A stretch of 64,000 nt of DNA from an uncultured delta proteobacterium (GTDB lineage Bacteria > Myxococcota > Myxococcia > Myxococcales > Anaeromyxobacteraceae): the NCBI GenBank assembly GCA_963766715.1, contig CAVYBH010000012.1:608001-672000 (forward strand), written 5' to 3'. The notes beneath the pieces were generated by a model that was not told the DNA's origin, did not search any database, and saw nothing but the letters and a program-made list of their open reading frames with translations. Position 1 is the stretch's first letter, and each line of letters begins with the position of its first letter. A program made the position numbers and the translations under genes. Below are positions 25,510 to 34,475 of this stretch, in pieces.

Positions 25510-26312
25510 GACCCCAGGAGCCACATCATGTGGACCTGCCGCCTCACGCCGGCGAGCGCATCGCCGCACTCCGGCTCGGCGCGGTGCCCCTCGAAATCGA
25601 GGAAGAAGACGTAGTGGCCCACCGCCGTCTTGGTCGGACGGCTCTCGATGCGCGACAGGTTGATGCGCCGGGTGGCGAACTCGGCGATGACCTCGTAGAG
25701 ACCGCCCGGCCGGTCCCGGTCGAGGGTGAAGGCGATGCTGGTCCGGTCCCGGCCAGTCACCCGCCCGTCCTCGCGACCGAGGAGGACGAACCGGGTGAAG
25801 TTCTCGGCCGTGTCCTGGATCGACTCGGCGAGAACGGAGAGCCCGTACCGCTCGGCCGCGGCCCGGCCCCCGATGGCGGCCACGCCCGCCTCCTCGGCCG
25901 CGCGCCGCGCCGCGTCGGCGGTGGAGAGCGTCGGCTCGGTGGGCACGCCGCTCAGCCGCTGCCGGAGAAACGCGGAGCACTGCCCCAGCGCCTGCGGGTG
26001 GGAGAGGACCCGCCGGACGTCGCCGAGCGCCGTTCCGCGGGGGACGAGCAGGTGCTGCTCGACGGGAAGGATCAGCTCCTGCTGGATGCGGAGGCCGGGT
26101 CGATGGACGAGCAGGTCGAGGGTGGCTCCGACCGCCCCCTCGATGGAGTTCTCGACCGGGAGAAGGGCGACGTCGACCTCCCCTTTCCAGGCCGACTCGT
26201 AGGCGTCGGCGAAGCTCGGGAACGGCCGCCGCTCGGCGCCGGCGAGAGAGGCGCACCGGCCGACGGCCTCCTCGCTGAAGGTTCCAGGGGGGCCCAGGTA
26301 GGCGACGCGCAT
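25494..26312 (-). CDS. pheA: Prephenate dehydratase
   Basis: YLGPPGTFSE, PVENSIEG, SHPQALGQC, NFTRF and IESRP. Confidence 0.95.
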   Translation of the reverse strand: MRVAYLGPPGTFSEEAVGRCASLAGAERRPFPSFADAYESAWKGEVDVALLPVENSIEGAVGATLDLLVHRPGLRIQQELILPVEQHLLVPRGTALGDVRRVLSHPQALGQCSAFLRQRLSGVPTEPTLSTADAARRAAEEAGVAAIGGRAAAERYGLSVLAESIQDTAENFTRFVLLGREDGRVTGRDRTSIAFTLDRDRPGGLYEVIAEFATRRINLSRIESRPTKTAVGHYVFFLDFEGHRAEPECGDALAGVRRQVHMMWLLGSYPRA

Positions 26313-26418
26313 GTGCCGTTTCTACCAGGGGTCCAGGGGACTGTCTCCTTCGGGCCCCGGAGGACCGTGGACGACGCGCTCTGGTAGTATTCGCCGGCCC
26401 GTCGTACCCGGAGGTCAG

Positions 26419-28147
26419 GTGGCCCTTTCGGACTGGATCGAGGAGCTCCGCCAACGCCGCGTCCTCCGGACGCTGCTCGCCTACGGCGTGGTCGTCTTCG
26501 CGGTCCTCCAGGTGATCGAGCCGGTCCTCCACGGCCTGCGGCTCCCGGACTGGTCGCTCACCGCGGTGGTGATCGGCCTCGCCCTCGGCTTCCCGCTCGT
26601 GGGGCTGATTGCGTGGCTCCTCGACGCGCAGCGCCGGCCCGCCTCGCCCCGCGCCCACTCCGCGCACGTCCGGAACCGGCGGCTCGCCCTTGGCCTGGGG
26701 GCGCTCGCCCTCGCCGCCGCGGTCGTCACCGGCCTCGTCCTGTACCGGAGCCGGACGCTAGGCCCTCCCACCGGCGGCCTCCCCTCGATCGCCGTCCTCC
26801 CGTTCGTCAACCTGAGCGAGGACTCCGGCCAGGACTACTTCGCCGACGGTCTCACCGAGGAGATCCAGAGCGCGCTCGCGCAGATCGCCGGGCTCCGGGT
26901 GATCGGCCGGACGTCCTCCTCGACGTTCAAGGGAAAGCCCGTGGACCTGAACGAGGTGGCGCGAAAGCTGGGCGTCACCTCCGTCCTGGAAGGAAGCGTG
27001 CGGCGCGCCGGATCGCGGCTCCGGATCAACGCGCAGATCGTCGACACGCGGGACGGGTACCATCGATGGTCGCGGAGCTACGAGCGGGAGATCGGCGACG
27101 TCTTCGCCATCCAGGACGAGATCGGCCGGGCCGTGGCCCATGCCCTCCAGCTCACGCTCCTCCCGAAGGAACGCACCGTGGAGCGCCGGCCGGTCAGCCC
27201 CGAGGCCATGAGCAAGTACCTGCTCGCGCGCCGGTTCCTGACCCGATCGTCGCTCGACAACTTCGTCCGCGCCGCCGCTGCCTCCGAGGAGGCGATCGCG
27301 CTGGCGCCCAGCTTCGCGCCGGCCTGGGCCACGCTCGCGTCGGCGAACGGCGGGATCGCCGACTGGACGGAGGACCTCGAGGAGGTCCAGAGCGACCAGA
27401 AGAAGGCGATGGAAGCGGCCGCGCGCGCCATCTCCCTCGACCCGGGGCTCGCCGAGGCCTACGCGGTGAGGGCCCAGATGCTCGCGTCGCTGGCCTGGGA
27501 CTGGGAAGGCGCGGGCGAGGATTACGATCGGGCGCTCGCGCTCGCCCCGGGCGATGCCGACATCCTCCGGAAGCACGGCGCCTGGTACCTCGCTCCTCTG
27601 GGGCGACTGTCCGAGGCGATCGCCGAGCTCCGCACGGCCACCGGACTCGACCCGCTCTCCGCCTCCGCGTGGGTATCCCTCGGCATCCTCCAGGTCGCGG
27701 TCGGCCAGGGCGACGAAGGCGAGCGAACGTTCCATCGCGTGCTCGGAGATCGATCCCCAGAGCGACTACGCGCGGGAGGGGCTCGGCGTGCGCCACCTCC
27801 TGGCGGGAAAGCCCGAGGCCGCCCTCGCCGAGTTCGCGAGGTGCGAGGACCCCATGTGGCAGCTCTGGGGCACGGCCCTCGCCCAGCACGATCTCGGGCG
27901 CTCCGCGGCATCGACCGCCACGCTGAACGAGCTCGCGGCCCGCTTCGCCGCTCCATCGCCGTACCAGGTCGCCCAGGTCCATGCCTGGCGCGGAGAGCGG
28001 GATCAGGCGTTCGCGTGGCTCGAGAAGGCCTGGCTGGGGCGCGACAGCGGGTTGCTGCTCATCCAGTGGGACCCGCTGCTCCGGAACCTCCGCGGGGATC
28101 CTCGCTTCGCCTCCTTCCAGCGCCGGATGAACCTGCCCGCGGGCTAG
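26419..28147 (+). CDS. Membrane-anchored TolB-N-like/TPR protein (apparent frameshift near 27745)
   Basis: N-terminal TM segments; SIAVLPFVNLS, YFADGLTEE and VLEGSVR; TPR repeats; C-terminal LRGDPRF. Confidence 0.85.
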
Positions 28148-28153
28148 TCCGCC

Positions 28154-28888
28154 TCAGGGTCCTCCCGCGGGGAACGTCCCGCAGCTGGTCGTCACCGTCG
28201 CCGCGAAGGGTTGCGAGCCTCCCGGTGACACGGCGCCGCCTCCCGGCGCCACGGAAACGGACACCACCTTCTCCGCGCCGACGGTGACCGTCGCCTGGGC
28301 CACCCTCGCCGGGTCGGCCACGCTCGTCGCCACCACGTGGTAGGTCCCTCCCGTGGACGGGGCGGCGTAGATGCCGTTCGTCACGGTCCCGCCCGCCCCG
28401 CCTTCGGTCACCGCCCAGGTCACCGACGGATCCGCCAGGCCCGTCACGGTGGCGGTGAACACCTGGCCCTTGCAGGCGTCCAGGGTCGCCGTCGGAGGGT
28501 CGAGGGTGATCCCCGGAGCGGGTGACGGCGCCGCGGACGGGGACTGGCTCACCGTGACAATCGCGACCTGCTGCCGCGAGGGATCGGCATGGCTGGCCGC
28601 GACCACGTGGTAGACCCCGTCGAGGGTGGGCGCGGAGTACACCCCGCTCGCCGTCACCGACCCACCGGCTGGCCCCTCGGCGACCGACCAGTCGACGAGC
28701 GTGTCCACCGTTCCCGTCACGATGCCGGAAAAGGGGGCCGTTCCGCCCGGGAGGACCCGGGCCGTCCCCGGAGAGACGGTGACGACGACTCCGGTCGCGG
28801 CCGGGCCGGCCGGAGCGCCTGGATTGGTGCAGGAAGCCAGCCCCAGTGCGGCGAGGGCCAGGGAGAGGCGAATGGCGGTGGAAGTCAC
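28154..28888 (-). CDS. Lipoprotein with tandem Ig-like repeats
   Basis: Lipobox LASC; repeated VTW.V.EG..GG.V...G.Y.AP...G.YHVVA.S.ADP units. Confidence 0.82.
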   Translation of the reverse strand: MTSTAIRLSLALAALGLASCTNPGAPAGPAATGVVVTVSPGTARVLPGGTAPFSGIVTGTVDTLVDWSVAEGPAGGSVTASGVYSAPTLDGVYHVVAASHADPSRQQVAIVTVSQSPSAAPSPAPGITLDPPTATLDACKGQVFTATVTGLADPSVTWAVTEGGAGGTVTNGIYAAPSTGGTYHVVATSVADPARVAQATVTVGAEKVVSVSVAPGGGAVSPGGSQPFAATVTTSCGTFPAGGP

Positions 28889-29298
28889 GGATGCTCCTGC
28901 GCGTTCGGGGGCCGGCCGGGCCGGGAACGGACGGGGTCCGCGCGTTCAGGGAGCACAACCGGCGCCCGTGCGCCCCTCTTCCGGCCGACACGACCCGGCA
29001 GGGTCCGTGCAGGCGCAAGTATCTATTCATGCACCTGCAAAGGCCCCGGACCGATGGAGACCCGCCGTCGGGACGACGCCCGTGGGGAAGGGCCGTCAGG
29101 TCGCGGAATCACGGGCTTTCCCGGGTGGAGCGCCCGTGGACGGGCGCAATCGTGGCGCGCGGGACGACGAGGCGGGTCTGGGGTAAATGGGGGAGGAGGG
29201 GCCCGGTGCGAATTCGTCGCCTTTCCTTCTCGGGTCACGACCCCACAGGTCCGTCGGCAGGACCCCGGCGATGGTCGAACCTCGTCCGGGGAGGGGTC

Positions 29299-29934
29299 AT
29301 GCATCGAGTCGCCCTGGCAGCCTGTCTCGCCCTCGCGCCGTGCCTGTCCGCGAGCCAGGAAGCCCCTCCCGAGCCACCGAGGCCCCCTACCCTGCACCGG
29401 CACGTCGGCTTCTTCCTCCGGGTCGACGGCGCCCTCGGCTACTCCTTCTCCTCTTCCTCCAATTCCGCCGGGAACGAGCAGTCGGTCCGGGGATTCGCGG
29501 TCCCCTTCGGCGCGGCCGCCGGCTGGGCGGTCGTCGAGAACCTCATCCTCGCCGGGGAGGTCTGGGGGGCGGTGGCGCCGGCGCCGACGATCACGGCCCA
29601 CGGCCAGTCGGGCTCGAGCAATGACTCGCACCTCGTCCTCGGCGGCCTGGGCGTGAACCTGACCTACTACTTCGTCCCCAACAACGTGTACGTGACGGTG
29701 ACGCCGTCCGCGGTGATGTTGGGCGTCACCAAGTCGGGCACCCTGAACCAGAGCAAGGTGGGCTTCGGGACCAAGGTCGCCGTGGGGAAGGAGTGGTGGG
29801 TCGCCAGCCACTGGGGGCTCGGTCTCTCGGCCCAGTTCTTCTTCGCGTTGACCGACGAGAGGGGCTACGACGCCGATCTGCCCACGTGGAAGACGCTCGG
29901 CGGCGGAGTGGGGTTCACGACGACGTACAACTGA
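29299..29934 (+). CDS. Putative small outer-membrane beta-barrel protein
   Basis: Signal peptide; alternating strands LTYYFVP and VGKEWWV; ends FTTTYN. Confidence 0.72.
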   Translation: MHRVALAACLALAPCLSASQEAPPEPPRPPTLHRHVGFFLRVDGALGYSFSSSSNSAGNEQSVRGFAVPFGAAAGWAVVENLILAGEVWGAVAPAPTITAHGQSGSSNDSHLVLGGLGVNLTYYFVPNNVYVTVTPSAVMLGVTKSGTLNQSKVGFGTKVAVGKEWWVASHWGLGLSAQFFFALTDERGYDADLPTWKTLGGGVGFTTTYN

Positions 29935-30221
29935 CGTCGGCGTGACGTCGCGCGCCGACCGCCGGGTTCCCGCAGGGCAAGGAAATGCCCTGCGTCATTC
30001 GCGGGGTCTTCGCGGGGGTTGCCCCCTGCCACGACCCTCGGCCCGCAGGGCAAGTGCCCGGCCCCGCCTCCAGGTGCCAGTCGACAGGCATCGGCTGGAT
30101 GTCCTGGTGTGGGGGCGACCGGACGGTGTCATCGTAATCCCGCCCCGCCGCCTGGGCAACGCGAGACTGCACCGGGACGCGCGGCTAGAATGGTCTCCTG
30201 TCACCCTCGCGGGAGCGCCGC

Positions 30222-30455
30222 ATGGTCACGATCGAATACTGCACGGTCTGAGGGTATCTCCCCAGGGCCCGAGGTCTCGGGCAGGAGATCACCGACAGGT
30301 TCGCCGGGAAGGTCGACGTATCCTTGAAGCCCGGGCGGAGGTCTTCCTTCGAGGTCACTCTCGACACCGAGGCGATCCACTCCAAGCTCGACACCGGCGA
30401 GTGGCCGGACACCGAGAGGGTCCTGGAGGCGATCGCGAGCCGCCTGAAGGGGTGA
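30222..30455 (+). CDS. SelW/SelT/SelH (Rdx) family selenoprotein, Sec at TGA 30249-30251
   Basis: MVTIEYCTV-U-GYLPRARGLGQEITDRFAGKVDVSLKPGRRSSFEVTLDTEAIHSKLDTGEWPDTERVLEAIASRLKG; GGGAG RBS; TAGAAT at 30186-30191; downstream hairpin. Confidence 0.92.
30256..30289 (+). promoter_or_regulatory. Bacterial SECIS element of the Rdx gene
   Basis: Lower stem ATCTCC/GGAGAT, upper stem GCCCGA/TCGGGC, loop GGTC starting 21 nt after the UGA. Confidence 0.85.
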
Positions 30456-30955
30456 CGGAGGCGCCGGACGGGCGCGGGACGGCCGGCACCCCTTCGGCGC
30501 AGTCTGCGCGGTCCGCGACCTCCCGAGCGTTCAGTGGCCCTCGGAGTGGCTGCTGCCATCGTTGGCTTACGGTGAACGGAAGAGTGCTTCCCCGATCCGG
30601 ATTCCCGGCCGGCGCCTCGAAGGCCGTTCAGGGGGGCGCCTGCCTGAGGGCCCGCACGTTCAGTCCGTGAGCGTCCATGCACGGAGTCCCCCGCCCGCGG
30701 GCCCCGCCGGTGCCCACGGTGGTCCCTTCGGCGGAAGGGGCGCCAGTCGCTCGGACCGGGGACTGGGTGCCGGGTCGCGAGGACTCACCGTTCGACTCCG
30801 TGGGAACCGCCGAGAGTGGCGCAGAGATCCCACTCGCCATCCGCGCCGATGAGTCGCCTCGGCGCGGATGGCCTTTCCACCTGGGGACTTGCATCTGGCC
30901 AACTCGTCACCACCCACCCAGGCAGGACCGGTGGAACGGTCGGCTGGAGGAGCCC

Positions 30956-31159
30956 ATGTCAGAGACCAGGACTTATACGTTCGCAGGGTTCGTGCTCGTC
31001 GTCTCGCAGGACGCGTCGGGATGGAGGGCGTCCGTGAACGGCATCGAGCTCGACGCCCACTTCGACACCGCGGCGGCGGCGTGGGCGGCTGGGATCCGGG
31101 ATGCGGACAGCCGCAGCCGATTCGACTCCTGGCTTCACCGGCTCACGGCGGCCGCCTAG
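30956..31159 (+). CDS. Small hypothetical protein (67 aa)
   Basis: GGAGGAG RBS; GC3-rich codons; no recognised motif. Confidence 0.6.
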   Translation: MSETRTYTFAGFVLVVSQDASGWRASVNGIELDAHFDTAAAAWAAGIRDADSRSRFDSWLHRLTAAA

Positions 31160-31365
31160 GAGTGCGGCGCTGCCTCGTCGTCCTCCTCGACCACCTCGCG
31201 GTCGGTGTCGAGCAGGTATTCCTTGAAGGCAGGCCAGTCCTCCACACGGCAGGTGACCGAGCCGACTCGCTCGAAGGGTCCACCTGGCGTCGCCGCGTGC
31301 CGGACCTCGAGCTCCAGGCGGCGCTTGTCGGACACCTGTCGCTTCTCCACCCATTGCTCTTGCAT
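31156..31365 (-). CDS. Small hypothetical protein (69 aa)
   Basis: Open frame convergent with the previous gene, acidic tail; no recognised motif. Confidence 0.5.
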   Translation of the reverse strand: MQEQWVEKRQVSDKRRLELEVRHAATPGGPFERVGSVTCRVEDWPAFKEYLLDTDREVVEEDDEAAPHS

Positions 31366-31587
31366 GGCCGAATTGTAGGGCGGTGGCGGAGCCGCGGATC
31401 TGGACAGCAAGGGCCGTGCTTATGGGGCATCTTGACGCACGCCTCCACACCGTCCGCTGCCTAGCAGGCCCCGACGGTGGTGCCGCGTCGGGCGTGAGTC
31501 GCAGCCGGAGCCCCGCGGGTCTTGCCCGAAGGAGGGCGCCGACGTGTGGCCAGGGCGCATGGCACGGCCCCAGGGTCCGGCTCGTCG

Positions 31588-31830
31588 TCACGGCGGCACA
31601 CACAGCGCGGCCCCGCTCTGCTCGACGCGGCACACCTTCCCCGGGTCGCAGGGGGCCTCCCCAATCCAGATGCCCACGCCGTCGCTCAGCGCCACGTTCT
31701 GGGCGCAGAGTTGCGGCACGCCGCCGTGGCATCGCTGCGTTCCAATGGCGCACTCGCTCGGGTTTCCACACCCGATGCCAGTGGCCGCGGCCAGCACGAC
31801 GGCAAGAAGTGCTCCCCGGGGCGAGCGCAT
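31588..31830 (-). CDS. Small Cys-rich putative lipoprotein
   Basis: Signal peptide ending GIGC, then six further Cys; ends LCVPP. Confidence 0.6.
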   Translation of the reverse strand: MRSPRGALLAVVLAAATGIGCGNPSECAIGTQRCHGGVPQLCAQNVALSDGVGIWIGEAPCDPGKVCRVEQSGAALCVPP

Positions 31831-31914
31831 GGGCGATGCTTTGACGCGGCTCCCGCCTCTCCGCAAGTGGGAAGCCCGGCATGACCGGGGGCCCTGGAAC
31901 GGAGAGCTTCGGGC

Positions 31915-31947
31915 AAAAAAAAGGGGGCCAGCCGTTCGGCTAACCCC
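31915..31947 (-). terminator. Intrinsic terminator after tRNA-Val
   Basis: Minus strand GGGGTTAGCC-GAAC-GGCTGGCCCC hairpin followed by C and T8. Confidence 0.88.
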
Positions 31948-31957
31948 TTGGACTTAT

Positions 31958-32032
31958 TGGTGGGCGCTGAAGGTTTCGAACCTTCGACCCCTGCCGTGTG
32001 AAGGCAGTGCTCTACCGCTGAGCTAAGCGCCC
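31958..32032 (-). tRNA. tRNA-Val (anticodon CAC)
   Basis: GGGCGCT...AGCGCCC-A-CCA; anticodon arm CTGCC-TTCACAC-GGCAG; GGTTCGAAAC. Confidence 0.97.
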
Positions 32033-32054
32033 TTGAACCCGGAAACGGCCGCGG

Positions 32055-32083
32055 AGTATGCCCGCCGACCCCAACCCTGTCAA
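32055..32083 (-). promoter_or_regulatory. Sigma70 promoter of tRNA-Val with a GC-rich discriminator
   Basis: TTGACA-N17-CATACT followed by CCGCGGCC. Confidence 0.75.
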
Positions 32084-32374
32084 CGCTTCCGCTCCCCGTC
32101 CACCTGCCTCGACAGGTCCCTCAGCTTCCGCTTCAGCCGGGCCATGCTGCGGGCCACGTCGTCGTAGTCGCCGCGGGTGGGAAGCCCGGCGGCGTGGAGC
32201 ACCCGCCCCTGCACCTCCTCCAGCTTCCGCTTCCCCTTCTGCGCGGCTCCGACGGCCGCGGCGATCGCCTCCTGCCCTCGCGGGTCATCGAGGACCACCT
32301 TCGCGGCGCGCGTCGCCATACCGCGTGCCCCGCTCCAGGATCGCCTCGGGAATCCCCTTTCGCCTCTCGCTCAT
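32080..32374 (-). CDS. Small coiled-coil protein (StkC-like by position; apparent frameshift near 32325)
   Basis: ATGA overlap with the upstream gene; helical heptad pattern; AGLPTRGD. Confidence 0.6.
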
Positions 32375-32800
32375 CGCACCACCTCGTCCGGAAACGTGGT
32401 CGCCACGGACCGCAGCGCCTCGTCGAGGATGTACCTGTAGGTGGCCCTTCGCACCAGCCCTTCCAGGTCCCCCTCCACCTTCACCTGCCCGGACAGGGCC
32501 GCCTTCACCGGGTCGACCCGCCCCAGCAGGATCTCCTTCCAGGTCCGGAAGGGCGCGCGCACGACGTAGGCCGGATCGAGCTCGAGCACGTCGTCCTCGT
32601 CCTCGAGGACGCGCCACTCGGCGATGACGCCACCGGCCTGCCGTCCCCATACCGCGACGCCGCGCCGGGAAGGTCTTCCCGTCCCGCTCCACCACGACGG
32701 CCAGGTCGGTTCCCAGGCCGGCGAGGGCCCGGGCCAGGTCGGGATTCCGGTTGACCGAGGCCACCACGGCATCGACCCAGGGGGACGAGGCGAAGAGCAT
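32371..32800 (-). CDS. SCP2 sterol/lipid-carrier domain protein (StkB-like; apparent frameshift near 32665)
   Basis: MLFASSPW start; DPVKAALSGQVKVEGDL SCP2 signature. Confidence 0.8.
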
Positions 32801-32802
32801 CG

Positions 32803-34413
32803 CTACCCTCGCGTCAGCCACCCGAAGATCCCGCGCCGCTGCTCCCGGGGCGCGGCCCCGGCGGCGCCGGCCGTGGGAGACTTCTCGGCGATGGCGCGCC
32901 GGAGCGTCTCGGGCGTGTCGCGCGTGGCGAACGGCACCTCGATCATGCCCCGCTCCGGGTCGTCGAAGGACACCCGCAGCAGGCACTCCTCGTCGAGCTT
33001 GAAGTCGATGCGGCGGCCCGTGGCCGCGGCCGGCAGGCGAAGCGAGCCCAGGAACTCGTCGTCGACGATCTGGTCGGAGTCGCCCTGGTAGATGTCGATC
33101 TCGATGGGCTTGCCGGGCTCGCGCGGCGGGGGAAGCCGGAAGCTGCGCGTGGCCGGGATGGGCTGGTTCTTCTCGAGCACCCGCCGCATCCGGTCGTTGG
33201 GGGCCGCGATCCCGATGGGCATGGAGAGCACGTCGACGAGCGTCACCGAGTCGATGCTGTCGAGCGAGTCGCCGAGCAGCGCCGCGCCGAGCGCCACGCA
33301 CTCGTCCGGGTGGACGCCCTTGCGGGGCGGCTTCCCGAAGTGCTCCCGGATGCGCTGCTGCACGAGCGGCATGCGGCTCTGCCCGCCGACGAGGATGATC
33401 TCGTCGATGTCCGCCCGGGAGATGCCCTTCTGCTCCAGCACCTCGTCGCAGATCTGGAAGGTGCGATCGACGAGATCGCTCGTCAGCTCCTCGAGCTGCT
33501 GCCGGGAGATGGGCATCCGCAGGTCGAGGGGCTTCCCCTTTCGCTCCTCGACGAAGGGCAGGTCGAGCACGGTGTTGGGGATGAGGGAGAGGTCGATCTT
33601 GGCCGCCTCGGCGGCCTTCTTCACCCGCTGCAGCGGGATGGGCGACTGGGCCAGGTCGATCTTGTGCTCGCGCCAGAAGGAATCGAGGGCCCAGTCGATG
33701 ATCCGGTTGTCGAAGTCCACCCCGCCCAGGAACGTGTCGCCGCCGGTCGCCACCACCTCGAAGACGTTCTGCTGCAGCTGCAGGACCGACACGTCGAAGG
33801 TACCGCCGCCCAGGTCGTAGACGAGCACCTTCTGGTCGAGCCCCCGGTTGAATCCGTAGGCGAGCGCCGCCGCGGTCGGCTCGTTCACGATCCGCTTCAC
33901 CTCGAAGCCGGCCAGCCGCCCGGCCTCCTTCACGGCGTGGCGCTGGTTGTCGTTGTAGTAGGCCGGGACCGAGATGATGGCCTGGGGCATCGCCCTTCCC
34001 AGGAAGGCCTCGGCGATCTTCTTCACGTGGGCGAGCACCATCCCGGAGATCTCCGGGAGCCCGTAGACCTTCCCGCCCAGGGACACGGCGGCCTCGCCCT
34101 GCGGCCCCTCCACGATGTCGTACGAGTAGTACGACCGGAGGTCCTGGACGACGCGGGAGTTGAACTTGCGCCCGATGAGCCGCTTGGCGCCGTAGATGGT
34201 GTTGCGCGGGTTGGTGAGGAGCTGGTCCTTGGCCGCGCCACCCACCAGGAAGTCCCCTCGCCCGGAGAGCGCGACGACGCTCGGCAGGATGAGGCTTCCC
34301 TTGTCGGTGGGCACGATCCGCGGGATCCGGTTGCGGACGTGGGCCACGCAGGTGTTCGTGGTCCCCAGGTCGATCCCGACGATGGGCTTGTCCCGGCTCG
34401 GCGGAGGAGGCAT
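32803..34413 (-). CDS. Atypical short Hsp70 family protein (StkA-like)
   Basis: GIDLGTTN, ISVPAYYND, IVNEPTAAALAYG, YDLGGGTFDVS and LVGGQSRMP; 536 aa. Confidence 0.88.
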   Translation of the reverse strand: MPPPPSRDKPIVGIDLGTTNTCVAHVRNRIPRIVPTDKGSLILPSVVALSGRGDFLVGGAAKDQLLTNPRNTIYGAKRLIGRKFNSRVVQDLRSYYSYDIVEGPQGEAAVSLGGKVYGLPEISGMVLAHVKKIAEAFLGRAMPQAIISVPAYYNDNQRHAVKEAGRLAGFEVKRIVNEPTAAALAYGFNRGLDQKVLVYDLGGGTFDVSVLQLQQNVFEVVATGGDTFLGGVDFDNRIIDWALDSFWREHKIDLAQSPIPLQRVKKAAEAAKIDLSLIPNTVLDLPFVEERKGKPLDLRMPISRQQLEELTSDLVDRTFQICDEVLEQKGISRADIDEIILVGGQSRMPLVQQRIREHFGKPPRKGVHPDECVALGAALLGDSLDSIDSVTLVDVLSMPIGIAAPNDRMRRVLEKNQPIPATRSFRLPPPREPGKPIEIDIYQGDSDQIVDDEFLGSLRLPAAATGRRIDFKLDEECLLRVSFDDPERGMIEVPFATRDTPETLRRAIAEKSPTAGAAGAAPREQRRGIFGWLTRG

Positions 34414-34475
34414 CTCGGCGAACGGTAGCACGGACCGGGCCGCCCTTCCCCTTTCCGTGACCGGCGAAGTGTGGG

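Noticed and set aside
30530..30620. Possible cyclic-dinucleotide (GEMM) riboswitch on the minus strand (ATGGCAGC)
   Set aside because: The P1 GAAA-tetraloop hairpin and GCAAA junction are not recognisable; an Rfam RF01051 search would be needed.
31540..31590. TGA ending the Cys-rich lipoprotein as a third Sec codon (GT also falls at +23/+24)
   Set aside because: Only a 3-bp stem; the read-through sequence is not protein-like and the TGA is in no redox motif; LCVPP looks like a natural end.
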